Of a stretch of DNA of 64,000 nucleotides, positions 1 through 10,321 are shown piece by piece. Position numbers and translations under genes: made by a program. The notes beneath the pieces were generated by a model. The model was not told the DNA's origin, did not search any database, and saw only the letters and a program-made list of their open reading frames with translations. Source of the stretch: Raillietiella orientalis (Eukaryota). Within the stretch, counting starts at the first letter, position 1. Each line of letters opens with the position of its first letter. The DNA is taken from positions 372,001-436,000 of the forward strand of contig JAYWIR010000060.1 of the NCBI GenBank assembly GCA_036172245.1. The letters are read 5' to 3'.

Positions 1-106
1 AGGCTGGTCGGCTCGCTGCTCCCTGTGGTGCGCCTTTGCATGGTCCCCTGGGCGTCCGCTGCGCCCTCCAGCCCTGAGAGGCGCCAGAAGGCAGGACGAG
101 GAGAAC

Positions 107-1582
107 GTGGTCGGCGGGACCATCGGCAGGACGGGAACGGGGAAAAGGAGGGACGTCGAGGGCGCGCAGCTTCTGCTGAGCGCTCAAGGGGCGGGGAAGA
201 CGGGAACCGCGTGGCTGTCGTGGACGAAGGTCCCGCGGGAAAGCTTCCAGGCCAGCCGAAAGGCGAGAGGCCGACGCCCACTCGCCGCAGCGACCCCGTC
301 GGCCAGCCCAGATGCGATGGGTGTCCCTGCTTCGACCTCACCCCGGCGGCCGGGCGCAGAGATGGGTCGAGTGAGCTGCGGGACGAGCAGGAGGGGAGAG
401 GCCGAGGTAAACCCCGCCGGCAGCGGGACGGAGGGGCAGGCGGGTGGGGTCTTCCAGAGAAAGACGCCAAGACCAGCCCTTCAGCGGGAGCCGTCCGGGT
501 CTCGCGACTGCCTCTCCAAAAGGCCGCGAGGCGAGGATCCCCGCGGGCTGCTTCCCTATCGCGACCGAGTTTTCCCGCATCCCGGCAACGGGACCCGCAA
601 TTCTCGGGAACGGCGCCAAGGCCAGCTCCCTACCTCCCGGGTGCTCCACTGCGACCGGCTCGTTTCCGGGGCTGCCGGCGGTTCTGGGCGCTCCCGAAGA
701 GGTGGGGCAGCGTCGAGCGAAACATCCCGGAGGTCACGTGCGAATCCGTGAGGGAGCGTGGAAGGGCTTCACGCTCCGCGGCGAAGGAAGGAGGAGGGCG
801 GGACGGTGGTGGATCATCCTGCAATGAGCGCAACGGCTCGGCAGAGTCGCATCTTCTTCCCAGTAGACCATTCTCCATCCGCTCTCTCAAAGCTCCAGGA
901 AGGCCCGCAGGTCAAAGCTCTGAGCCGTGGGGGACCGCTTTGGCAGAGGGACGGTCGCTGCAGAGGAGGCGCGCCTCCGTGGCGAGGACGGCGCCCCATC
1001 CCGGCCCGAGTGACGTCCGCGCTTCCGTCCTGCTTTCTGCGGACGCTCACGAGCCACAGTCCCGGCTGCCGCTCCAGCATCCTGCTCCCGGCTTCTTGAC
1101 CGGACCGACCGGCGAGCAGTGATTGGGCTCGCGTCCCCGGTCGAAGTCGATTGGCTGTTCACCAGAGGTGTTGGGAGGGTGTCGTCCTCGCGCGCGAGCT
1201 CCAGGTCCTCTTATCTTCAGGAGGAAGAGGAGAGGCGCCCCGCGTTCTGCTGTCTTCCGAGTTCGCCTGGGGAAAGGAAGGGAATACCTCACCGCCCCCA
1301 TGCCAGAGGAAATCCTGCTCAGGGACGAGCAGCAACCGACCCTGAGGATGGCTCAAAAACGGACGGGATCTCCCGAGTAGGAGCGATCCGTCCGGCTGGG
1401 TGGGTGGAGGAGAAGGGGAGGGTTTCCCCGGTCGAGCGGGTGCTGGAGCGGAGCCAATGTCTCCGTCGGCAAGGATGCTGGAAGCGGTGGAAAAGATCGC
1501 TTTGGAGCAATACCGGAAGTTGCACGCATGGAGGGGGTTGCGTACGAGCGACCCCTGCGAGCTGCAGTTCGCTCCCTCTTAG
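107..1582 (+). CDS. Possible 3' exons of an unidentified spliced gene entering from the left edge
   Basis: Plausible donors (CGA|GTGAGC at 371, TCC|GTGAGG at ~748) and acceptors (TTCCAG ~456, TTCCCAG ~863). Protein-like segments EYLTAPMPEEILLRDEQQPTLRM (1123-1380 ORF) and MLEAVEKIALEQYRKLHAWRGLRTSDPCELQFAPS* (stop 1582). Exon phases could not be fully reconciled and no family was recognised. Confidence 0.25.
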
Positions 1583-3952
1583 GTCGCAGGGGGTCAGGGA
1601 GGGGAGGAAAGGGCGTTGGGCGCACACACCCTCGCCGCTCCCGCCGCGCCTTCCAGGAAAGGATTTCCCCAGTCGGTTCCCTGTGCGACAGGGGGCGCAG
1701 AGCCGTCGCCTCGATTTCCCGGCTGATGGTAACTTGCACTCGCGCCGTGGTGCCGCCGGCAGGAGCAGACTCCGCTGACCTCTCCCTCGGAGGCGAGGTC
1801 TTAGGTTAGTCTTAGGTATTAGGTTAGCGCGGCCTCTGCCTCCGATCGACGCATGCAGGTCGCATCGACACGTCCGAGTGCGCCTTTCCTTCGCACTCTG
1901 GGATGCAGCTGGCGCGCGACTCATCTCCCCTTTTCACCTCGGTCCTGCTACCTTACTCCGTGACCTTCGGGGCTTTTCCTGTTCCCTTTGGGCAGCGGCC
2001 TCAGCTATTCAGGCGCGGGCAGGAGCTTTCGGAAGGAAAGCGGCGAGGAGGGGTGTGTGTGCGCGATGGGCGTTCAAGAGGTGGCGTATCCACCTTGCTT
2101 CGAGCCCGCGGCGCCGAGGCCGGGTGCGCTTGCCTGGATGCTCTCGAGGTGGTCAGGGACATCTTTCGAGAGGACAAAGGGTAGAGCGGTTCCCCATCGG
2201 TATGTCCGTCCACAGCCAGTCTTCCCTCGAGATGTTCGGTCTTCCTTCTGGGAGTCTCGGGACGACCACTGACCTATCGAGATGGCGCCAGTGCTCGGCG
2301 CCATCGCCTCGGCGGGAAGAGCAGCGCACGTACTTCCTGGTTCCATGCTCGTGAGAGGAAGGTGCACAAAAGACCGTGCATGCAAGAGGTGCGTGGTGGG
2401 GGAGGGGAAGTCCCTCAACTGCTGCTTCACCCCGAAGGGCGATGGGGTCGGATGCTCCAGAGCCATGGCAGGGCGTCACTCGTCCCTACGGATCGAACGC
2501 AGAGGGCACAGCTCCGACGAAGGGGGGGGTCCAGTCCTTCTCCACCCAACCGACGAAGGGGCGAGGGCGCTAACCGCGAAGGCCTCGAGACGCATCATCG
2601 AGGACGCTCGGCTTTTCGATTTGCCGGCCGTTGCCTCCCCCCCCCCCGACTTCCTCGGTCGCTCTCTTTCCCCGTTCAGCGATGTCGTGGGTCCCCTCCC
2701 TTCTTCGGGACTGCGTCTCCTTCCCGTCGGGAGGCGTAGGGAGTACCGGGGGCTGTTCCCCGTCGCGGAAGGGTTTCCTTCAGTTACCAACGCGGCCACT
2801 GCCAAGGCGACAGGGGTGTTCTCGGAGGTGTCCGCCGCCTGCGGCCATCCGCGCGCACTCGGACGGCGCCTCCTTTTCCAAGGTGCCCGCGGCGCTCGGG
2901 CGACTGATCTCTCGTGTTCGGGCCACTTCCGTGGGACAGACCCCCAGCCGAACTTGCATGGTGTTTCCGTGGTTCCACGCCTTGGAGGAAGTCTACCAGT
3001 GCGCCACCATATGACCCGGGGGCACCCTGCATCGAGGCTTCTTCCAGCTGCCAGAGTGCCCCTGCCATCAAACCCTCTGTCTTGACGGGCGCCAGGTGTC
3101 CCTAGGGAAGGCGGTGGCCGCCTAGAGGTCGGGGAGGGAAGGTCCGCCCGCCGGCTTGCGCCAATCCGCTGCATTCCCCGAGTCCGTCTCCAAGGGGACG
3201 CTGGAGGTCCCCCGGTCGCCGCTGCCGTGGAGAAGCGACCTGTCGAAACCCCAGGAAGCCGTCGATCGCCTGGGGCGATGCGGGGACCTGCAGAGGAAGC
3301 GGAAGGTCAGCAGCTGCCCCTCAGGGGCCACGACGGCAACCCCCCCCTCTTGAGTCTGTGTGTGTGGGAGGGGGAGGGAGGGATGAGGTGTAGAATGACC
3401 TCTGCGGAGCCCAGGCCAGGTCGCTCGCTCGTGCGGGTGGGGACCGCGGACAAGTGGTGCGGACCTTTGGCGTCGCGCGAGTGGGGCGCCGCCCTCCACC
3501 ACTCCCCGCGGCTGGAGGGCCGAGAGGGCGACCCACGTCGTACGCCTGCCGAAGGCAGAGGAGATCGCGTGGCCCCCACCCTTCCTCGATGCTCCCAAAG
3601 AAGCGGCTGCAGCCCAAGGAGCTGCTCCCGCCTCCTTCTCCGCACCAGAACGCGGCAGGAGCGCGAAGGGAGGGGGGAAAGATCGCCTCGAGAAGGGTAG
3701 GTGGTCTCATCGTTCCACCTGCCTCCCGAAGTGGGGAGTCCACTGCGGGCCGGCACCGAGGGAGGCGTCTGGCCCTTGGGGACGGGAAGAGGGGGAACTC
3801 TCTCGCGAGAGGTGCCCAGAGGGGGTCGTGGTTTCCTCCCGGAGGTCTCCTACGGCCCGGTCTCCGAGCGATCGATGGGCGGCGGCGGCGCACGCGCGGC
3901 GGCGGCCGGGACGCGCCGCCGAGAGGGCAGGCGCCGGGGCGTGGGCCGCCCC

Positions 3953-3958
3953 TATAAA
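3953..3958 (+). promoter_or_regulatory. TATA box of the myosuppressin gene
   Basis: TATAAA isolated in a very GC-rich context, ~100 nt upstream of a strong donor CAG|GTAAGG (4054). That donor can splice to the acceptor TTGCAG|G immediately before the ATG at 4611, implying a non-coding first exon. Confidence 0.65.
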
Positions 3959-4610
3959 GCGCCTGGGCAGCCTCCGCGCACTCTTCTCCTGGGGACGAAG
4001 CGCCAGGGACGCCGATCTCGCTCCGCCCGCGTCGGCTGGTCACACGCTGTCAGGTAAGGGCGGCCCGCGTCCACGCCCCGTCGCGACCGCCGCTGGCGGC
4101 AAAGGCGATGTCCGACCCTTGTCGACCCACCCACGCCCCCGTGCTGACCACAGTATCGCCCTGCGCCATTCCCTTCCGCCCCTTCACCCCGGGGGGTACT
4201 GGCAGGTGCGCTCCCTGCGGGGAAGGGTGCGGACTGGGGGACCCGGAGGCGCCCTCTCGACCCGCGGCGAGCACGCCCGCTGGAGGCGACGCGACTCCGA
4301 GACGGAGGCCCTGGACAAGGCGCGGGAAGGAGATCCGGAGGAGCATGGCGTCTCTCCCTCCCCGCCCTCCCTATTCGCTGGTGGGCGGCTGACATGGACC
4401 AACCTAGGAGATCGAGGACGCCCGAAGGTGCCTCCTCCCTGCTCCAGGAAGGTCGCCGACCCGGCGAGGTGGAGAGTGCTCCATCCTTCTCGGCTGCATC
4501 CCGGGAGCCTCCCTGCGACGGCGACGGTCTCCGATCCCTCCTGCCCCCAATTTCCGTCTCCCGGACGACCGCCGGCAGCTCCCCGTGGACTGCCTCCCTT
4601 CCGTTGCAGG

Positions 4611-4965
4611 ATGAAACCCGCTCTCGGCTTGCTGGTGGTGATCGGCGCACTCCTGTCCGCGGGAGACCCCCTGCGAGCTTTCACCCTCAGTCAGTGCGAT
4701 CCCGCCCGCTACGGGGCGCTGCCCGAGAAGATGCAGAAGCTGTGCGACGTGCTGTACCGGGCGCAGGACTTCACCGAGGCGCTCCGGAGGATGCTGGAGG
4801 AGAGGGGTGAGCGGGAAGGGTCCGTCCCTTCCCGGGGACGGGGCGGAACTACCCCACCCTCGGCCCTCTCCCGTTGCAGGCAGCGTCGACCTCGCCCTCC
4901 TGAAGCCCATCAAGAGGCAGGACAGCCTGGACCACATCTTCATGCGATTCGGAAGGAGGCGCTGA
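4611..4965 (+). CDS. Ms: Myosuppressin (FMRFamide-related) neuropeptide precursor; coding exons 4611-4806 and 4880-4965
   Basis: Spliced product: MKPALGLLVVIGALLSAGDPLRAFTLSQCDPARYGALPEKMQKLCDVLYRAQDFTEALRRMLEERGSVDLALLKPI-KR-QDSLDHIFMRF-GRRR*. It has a signal peptide, a two-Cys propeptide as in arthropod myosuppressin precursors, KR cleavage, an xDHxFxRF core and a Gly amide donor. Phase-1 GT-AG intron at 4807-4879. Confidence 0.92.
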
Positions 4966-5042
4966 CCCGGCGGCGGTACGGCTGACCTGCGCAGCCGGGC
5001 GCCCGCGTGAAGCCGCGTCGACGTCGTCGTCCGCGCATGTCC

Positions 5043-5048
5043 AATAAA
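5043..5048 (+). terminator. Polyadenylation signal of the myosuppressin gene
   Basis: AATAAA 78 nt after the TGA in otherwise GC-rich sequence. Confidence 0.75.
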
Positions 5049-5799
5049 GATGGTCAAACCGCCCGAGATGAGCCCGCGCCACGGTCCGGGGTGGGCAGGA
5101 GGCAAGGAGGGACGCGGAGGGAAGGGAGATGGGGCAGCAGACAGCCGGGACGCAGCGCCATCAATTCTCCTCCCCTGGGCAAGCAGGGAAGCAGCAGGGA
5201 GGCGCGCTCCCGGGGCAGGTCGCCGGCTTCTGGGAACGGGAAGGGAGGGGAAAAGATGACCCTTTGGGGGAGCTGCCTTCCCTTTTCCCTGGGATCCGCA
5301 CCACTCTTCCTTCCCTACCCCTCACCTCTCGTGGGCGGCGGCGGCGGATCCGGGCAGCGGCGACTCCATGCGGCGGCTACGTGACGTGCGAGAGGGGCCG
5401 CGGGAGCAGCCCTTCGCCCCGTCCGCATTCCGCCCGGAGGGTGATGGAGGGGGCGGTGGCCCGCAGACCGAGCCCTCCCTCCCTCTGCTCTCCGACTCCC
5501 CGGGCGTACTCGGGTGGCAACCCCTCTGCTCTCCGAGTCGGGTGCCTCCGTTCGCGGATGCGGGAGGGAGGCGGGAACTCCCGTTCTTCCCGGAGGCTTC
5601 CTCGCTCCCACCCGTTCCCGGAGGGGCGGGGACCTCAGGACTGGGGGTCTCCCCCGCCTCCCACCGACACGCCGCCGGGGCCGAGAGGCCCGACCTCCGA
5701 GGAGGAGGGGGAGGGGCGCGCTGGGAACGGTGTCCAGCCCTCCCGCGTGCGTGCCCCGGGCGGCGATTACGGGAAGTAAACGCGCGCGTGGGCCGATTC

Positions 5800-6340
5800 A
5801 CATATTGAGGTGTTGGAAGACGCGTCTTAATATGAAATTTACCTTAATATGCATTTGGTTATTCATATTTATTAACGTGCATATTATTAATAGCAATCTT
5901 ATTAGAATGGATATGCTTATTCACATTTATTGACACGTTGTGTTAACATAATTCATGTGTTGTTGACTGTAATACTGGTATGAATATTAAAGAACAAATA
6001 CATGTGCTTATCATTTGCATATATGCATTTATACACATTTTTTTATTTTTATATGAAAATATATGTGCTTATTTATATTCATGTATGTATTTTTACAGTA
6101 TCTGTAAATACTGATGTATACAATGAGCGTATATATCTATTATATACAATCTTCAATACATATATGTGTGTGGATCTGCATAGTGATCTTTATATCAATG
6201 CATGTGTGAATATGTGGAAAGAACACACGCATTTATTTTCCGTAATCTTTAATGCGCACATCAACGGTGTGATCAAAGGCTTATGAATTCACGTCGTTCG
6301 TGGAGTGAATGCCACCGCATCTTAATAAACACATCCCATG
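5800..6340. repeat. AT-rich low-complexity island (degenerate TA/TATG/CATA repeats)
   Basis: Abrupt switch from very GC-rich to very AT-rich sequence with many ATAT/ATGT/TACA units, between two + strand genes. Confidence 0.6.
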
Positions 6341-6732
6341 AAATTGCTGCTTGTAACGACGCGTAGGCTCCTCCTAGATGCGGACGGGTGACCGGGTGGT
6401 CAGGGGGGAGAGGGATTGGTGGAATGGGCCCCCACCCGGGTGGGTTCCTTCTCGGGCGGTCCTTCTGCGTGTCGGCCGCGCGGGACTTCGAACCGGACAC
6501 GCCGCAGGCAATGACGCTTCCCGCGGGTGACGGAGGAAAGACGATCCGCGTCCTCCGCCTCCACGGAAGCGGACGGGTGGTGGATGGAGGAGGAGGAGGT
6601 GGGCGTCGCTGCGCCCCCCCTCTCCCCCCCTCTGCAGCCTGGGCACCCGGGAGCGCACGGCTTATCGGTGTCGAGAGCACCACCACACCAGCGAGCGAAC
6701 CGCGCGCGGCCCTGCAACGCTGGCGCAGCGAA

Positions 6733-8994
6733 ATGACGCTGCTGCGGGAGGGCGCGGCCGTGGCGGTCCTGGCTGCGCTCTGGATCTGCTACGGGACTGA
6801 TTCAGCGGCGGCTCCTCGGGACGGGAAGCGGAAAAACGTGAGTCGTAAAAAAATCCCACCCCCCCTTCCCTTGTTTTTCTTTTTTTTTCTTGCAAGGGGA
6901 GAGGGAACTCCCTTCCCCCTCTCCGGGCGTTTGTACGCGCCGGCAGAGGGAACTCCTTGGTGCTCCCCTCCGCTTGCCGAGGCGGGACGCGCTTGCGCGG
7001 GAGTGCCCCGCCACGGGGCTACCTGCACCCTCCCGTAAGTGGCAGCACCGCCGGCAACTGAACCGGCTCGGGTGGCCCCCCTTTTACCCCGTGAAGGAGA
7101 ACGCGGAGGCCGAAGCCTTGCGTCCCGCAGATCGGCTCCCCTCTGACCCCTCCCAGGAGCGCTCCGCTGGAGAAGCGGAAGTTCTGCGTCGCTCTCGCCG
7201 ACCGGGGTGTTCCTTCGGGGGACATCGGTAGGGGACTCGGGGCAGCCCGACGAGAGTCCCCAGGGAGGAAGAGGCGGATCTCGGTGGGGAGGACGGCCGT
7301 CCGCGACGACGGGAGCCGTGCTGCCGACCTCAGCCCGGGGTCACAGACACACCCCGCGGTTTCGATTCTCCAACGACGGCACCGGCCCTACGCCGTGGTT
7401 CGACGTGCGGGAGGACCAAAGGTGACCGCATGTCCGCGCGGGCCCGAGGTCAGCAGAAAACATCGGCCCACCTGTGGGGTGGCGGTCCCACCGCTGTTCA
7501 CCCCTAAGGGATCCCCAAACAACAGGTTATCCCGATGGGCGCTTCCCTTTCCGACTTCGCTCCTGGCGTCAGCGACCATCCCTCCTCGAATTGATCGCTT
7601 GTACTGTGGCGGATGGGAACCAGAGGTCCCGAAGGGACAGGAGGTAGGGGGAGGTGTGCCCTGATGCCCGGAATTCCCTGAACACCCTTCTGAGGATGAT
7701 GATGAGAGGGGGGTCACGGTCCGCGGTGGCAAAAGAGCCATTAAGAAACCGCAGCCTCCTCGCGCGGGCGAGCTCGAGAGAGGGCGTTTGGGGAAAATCC
7801 CTTCCCTCTCCTCCGCTCGCGGCGCCCCCCCTTCCCCGGACACTCCGAGGGCGGTGTCCGCGGAAGGAAGCGCCCCCGAGCGGTTTCCCGTGCGGTTTTG
7901 GAAGCAGCGCTCACCCCGACGTGCACCCCGAGCGAGGCGGGGCACCCTGCCAGCCGGGGTCGTCGTCGTCGTGGGGGGAAGGGGGGCAGTGCCGACCACG
8001 CGGGTTTGCAGGCGGCGATGCGTGCGCTCTCTGGCGACGTGGCGACAGCCCTTTGACCGGACACCTCCGCAGAGGGGGGCGCTGCTGCGCGCCGCGAGCC
8101 TGCGTGCTTCAGGCGGAACGGGTAGGGGCGGAAGGGACGCTGCCGGGACGTAGGTGGCGCCTGTCGAGCGCACGCGGATCGGAAAAGCCACGCGAACCCT
8201 TCCGGAGGACAGGAGGGCTGCGAGTGTAAGCCGAGCAAGAGACCCGCGCAACGCTCGCGGGAGATGAGTCACGGTCTGCGAATGCGGAGGACTTTGCGCA
8301 GGAGGCCGGGAAGGAGGGAGAGAGGAGATGGCCGAGGCATGCGCGCGCGCGGGTGTGCCGTCTTTGCGGGGGGGGGCAGAGGAGGTGCGTTAGGAGAGTC
8401 TCGGCCAGGGTGGCGCAGTGGCGAACGTCGAGCCGCCGTGGGACCGAGCAGAAGGCGAGAGAAGGCAGGCAGGGGGTTGCGGGAGGGGAGGAGGTGCAAC
8501 GGCCGAGAAAGGCAGCCTATCGGGGCGTCTTCCGTGCCGCCCCGAGGAGAATCTCCCGCAGGTGCGCGGTCGCGAAAGCGATCCGCGGGCTGACCCCACC
8601 CTCTCGTGCCTCCTGACGTCGGCCGGCGCTTCGTTTCCCGTTCCAGGTGTCACAGGCGGTCCTGCGGAAGAAGGTGGCTCAGGAGGCGGCGTCCAAGTGC
8701 AGGCCACGCCGTTTTCAATCCTGTTCCCTCCGCCGAGTCGACCAGCTGGCCGCGGAGAAGATCCCGAACGGGATCATCCCGGGTTGGAAGTACACCTTCC
8801 GGTTGACCCTGAGGTGTCGCGAGAGTTGCGTCGTTTGCCTGACCAAGGTCGAGCAAGGTTCCAAGGTGGACTGCGTCTTGACTTTCTACGAATGCTGGCC
8901 GTCCTCGCCGAGCGGGAAACGGCGGCCACCGGGGCAGGCAGTCGTCCTTCTTTTCGCCGCCTCCCGTGCGAACCGAACGGATCTTCCCGGATGA
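6733..8994 (+). CDS. Secreted Cys-rich protein, possibly cystatin-fold; exons 6733-6837 and 8647-8994
   Basis: Exon 1 encodes a signal-peptide-like MTLLREGAAVAVLAALWICYGTDSA and ends at AAC|GTGAGT (phase 0). Acceptor TTCCAG|GTG at 8647 (phase 0) continues VSQAVLRKKVAQEAASKC...LRRVDQLAAEKIPNGIIPGWKYTFRLTLRCRESCVVCLTKVEQGSKVDCVLTFYECW. Additional exons within the 1.8-kb intron cannot be excluded. Confidence 0.6.
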
Positions 8995-10321
8995 GAACCC
9001 GATCGTTGGCGGGTGGGTGAGTGGTCCCGAATCCTCCCGGCCGTCCCTGCATTCATGGAGACAGCCTCCTCCAGTCACGAAGGGAAAGATCCGGTCCCCT
9101 AACCGTGCTAGGGGCACCCTTCCCGTGCCAGAGACGGGATCCAGGGTGACCGACGTCCTGAACCGCGACGAAATGGCCCGCCTTGGATCTAATATACACG
9201 TACGTGTACATGTATGTGCACCGCTTATTCCTTCCGTGAGGAATCCATGTACCACGGACCAGGAAGGTAGGCCGCCGCTGCCGCTGGGCGGGCACCAGCA
9301 AGGCGTGCCCTGCAGTGCCGTCGGAATTGGGTGGTTGGTGGTGCGGGGAGACTTGCAGTCGGCCGCTGCGGTGCGCTCACGACGTCGGGAAGGCGCCCTC
9401 TGCCGCAGGGCAGAGGGCGCCTTCCCGACGATTCTCTCCTTCCGAGTCGCTCGCGTCTGCGCAGCTGCCGAAGTCTCGCACAGGCAGGCGCCAGCAAGGG
9501 ATCCTTCGGCTGGGGCGATGCGCATTCCTGGAACGGGGTGTGCCGGACCAGCCTCCACCGAAGCAGTAACAGCGCCAAGGGAACTAGTCGGCATTTTCCG
9601 CTTCGGGACAGGAAGCACTGCGGCCGACGCCTCTCGCCGCCGTTCACGCGAAGGCTCGGTGCCAGAGCCTCTGGCGCGGCGTCCAAGGGAAGGGCAGGTT
9701 TCGTTACCCCACGTGGGACCTGCTAGGTCGCGAGACTCGCCCGTCCGCCCGCCAGCGAGGGAGGTGCTGCTCGACCTCTGCTGGAGCCCCACTGCCGGCG
9801 CACGCTGACGCTCCAGCCGCTGTGGGGAAACCGTAGGTCGCCCTACCCTCTCCCGCTCCATCCGATACGAAAATCCGGAAAAAATCAAGGACAAATGCAT
9901 TCAGTATCAAATACATTCGATTAAATATGGTACGGCCTTAAAGAAAAACGGATATTATTGAGTGTACGCACGCACGAGGTGCGTATATTACATAAAATAC
10001 ATGAGGTATACCCAAGAAACGTACATTTCCGAGCGCAGACTTTGGTCTCCTCCGCGAACTGGAAAGGAACGAGGGGAAAGGAAGAGGAACCTTCCGCTGG
10101 GGACTCGAGATCGTTGCTTAGATACCGGAAATGAACGAGCGCGAGCTCACAGCCGCACCCGGGACGCCGCCGCACCGTGACCGCGCACTGGTGTGGATCA
10201 CCCATCGCACCGGAGGGAGGGGCCTGCGGCGCGCTCCCGAAGTCGGGGTAGGGCCCGCACTTCCAGGGCGCCCGACGCTTCCCGCCCCTTCGGAAGTTTC
10301 TCTCCGGAGGAGGACCGTCGC

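Noticed and set aside
725..780. KOW-like peptide PGGHVRIREGAWKG
   Set aside because: Short match in a frame not supported by the apparent splice phases.
1798..1827. A few TTAGG motifs resembling telomeric repeats
   Set aside because: Only three interrupted copies; too short to distinguish from chance.
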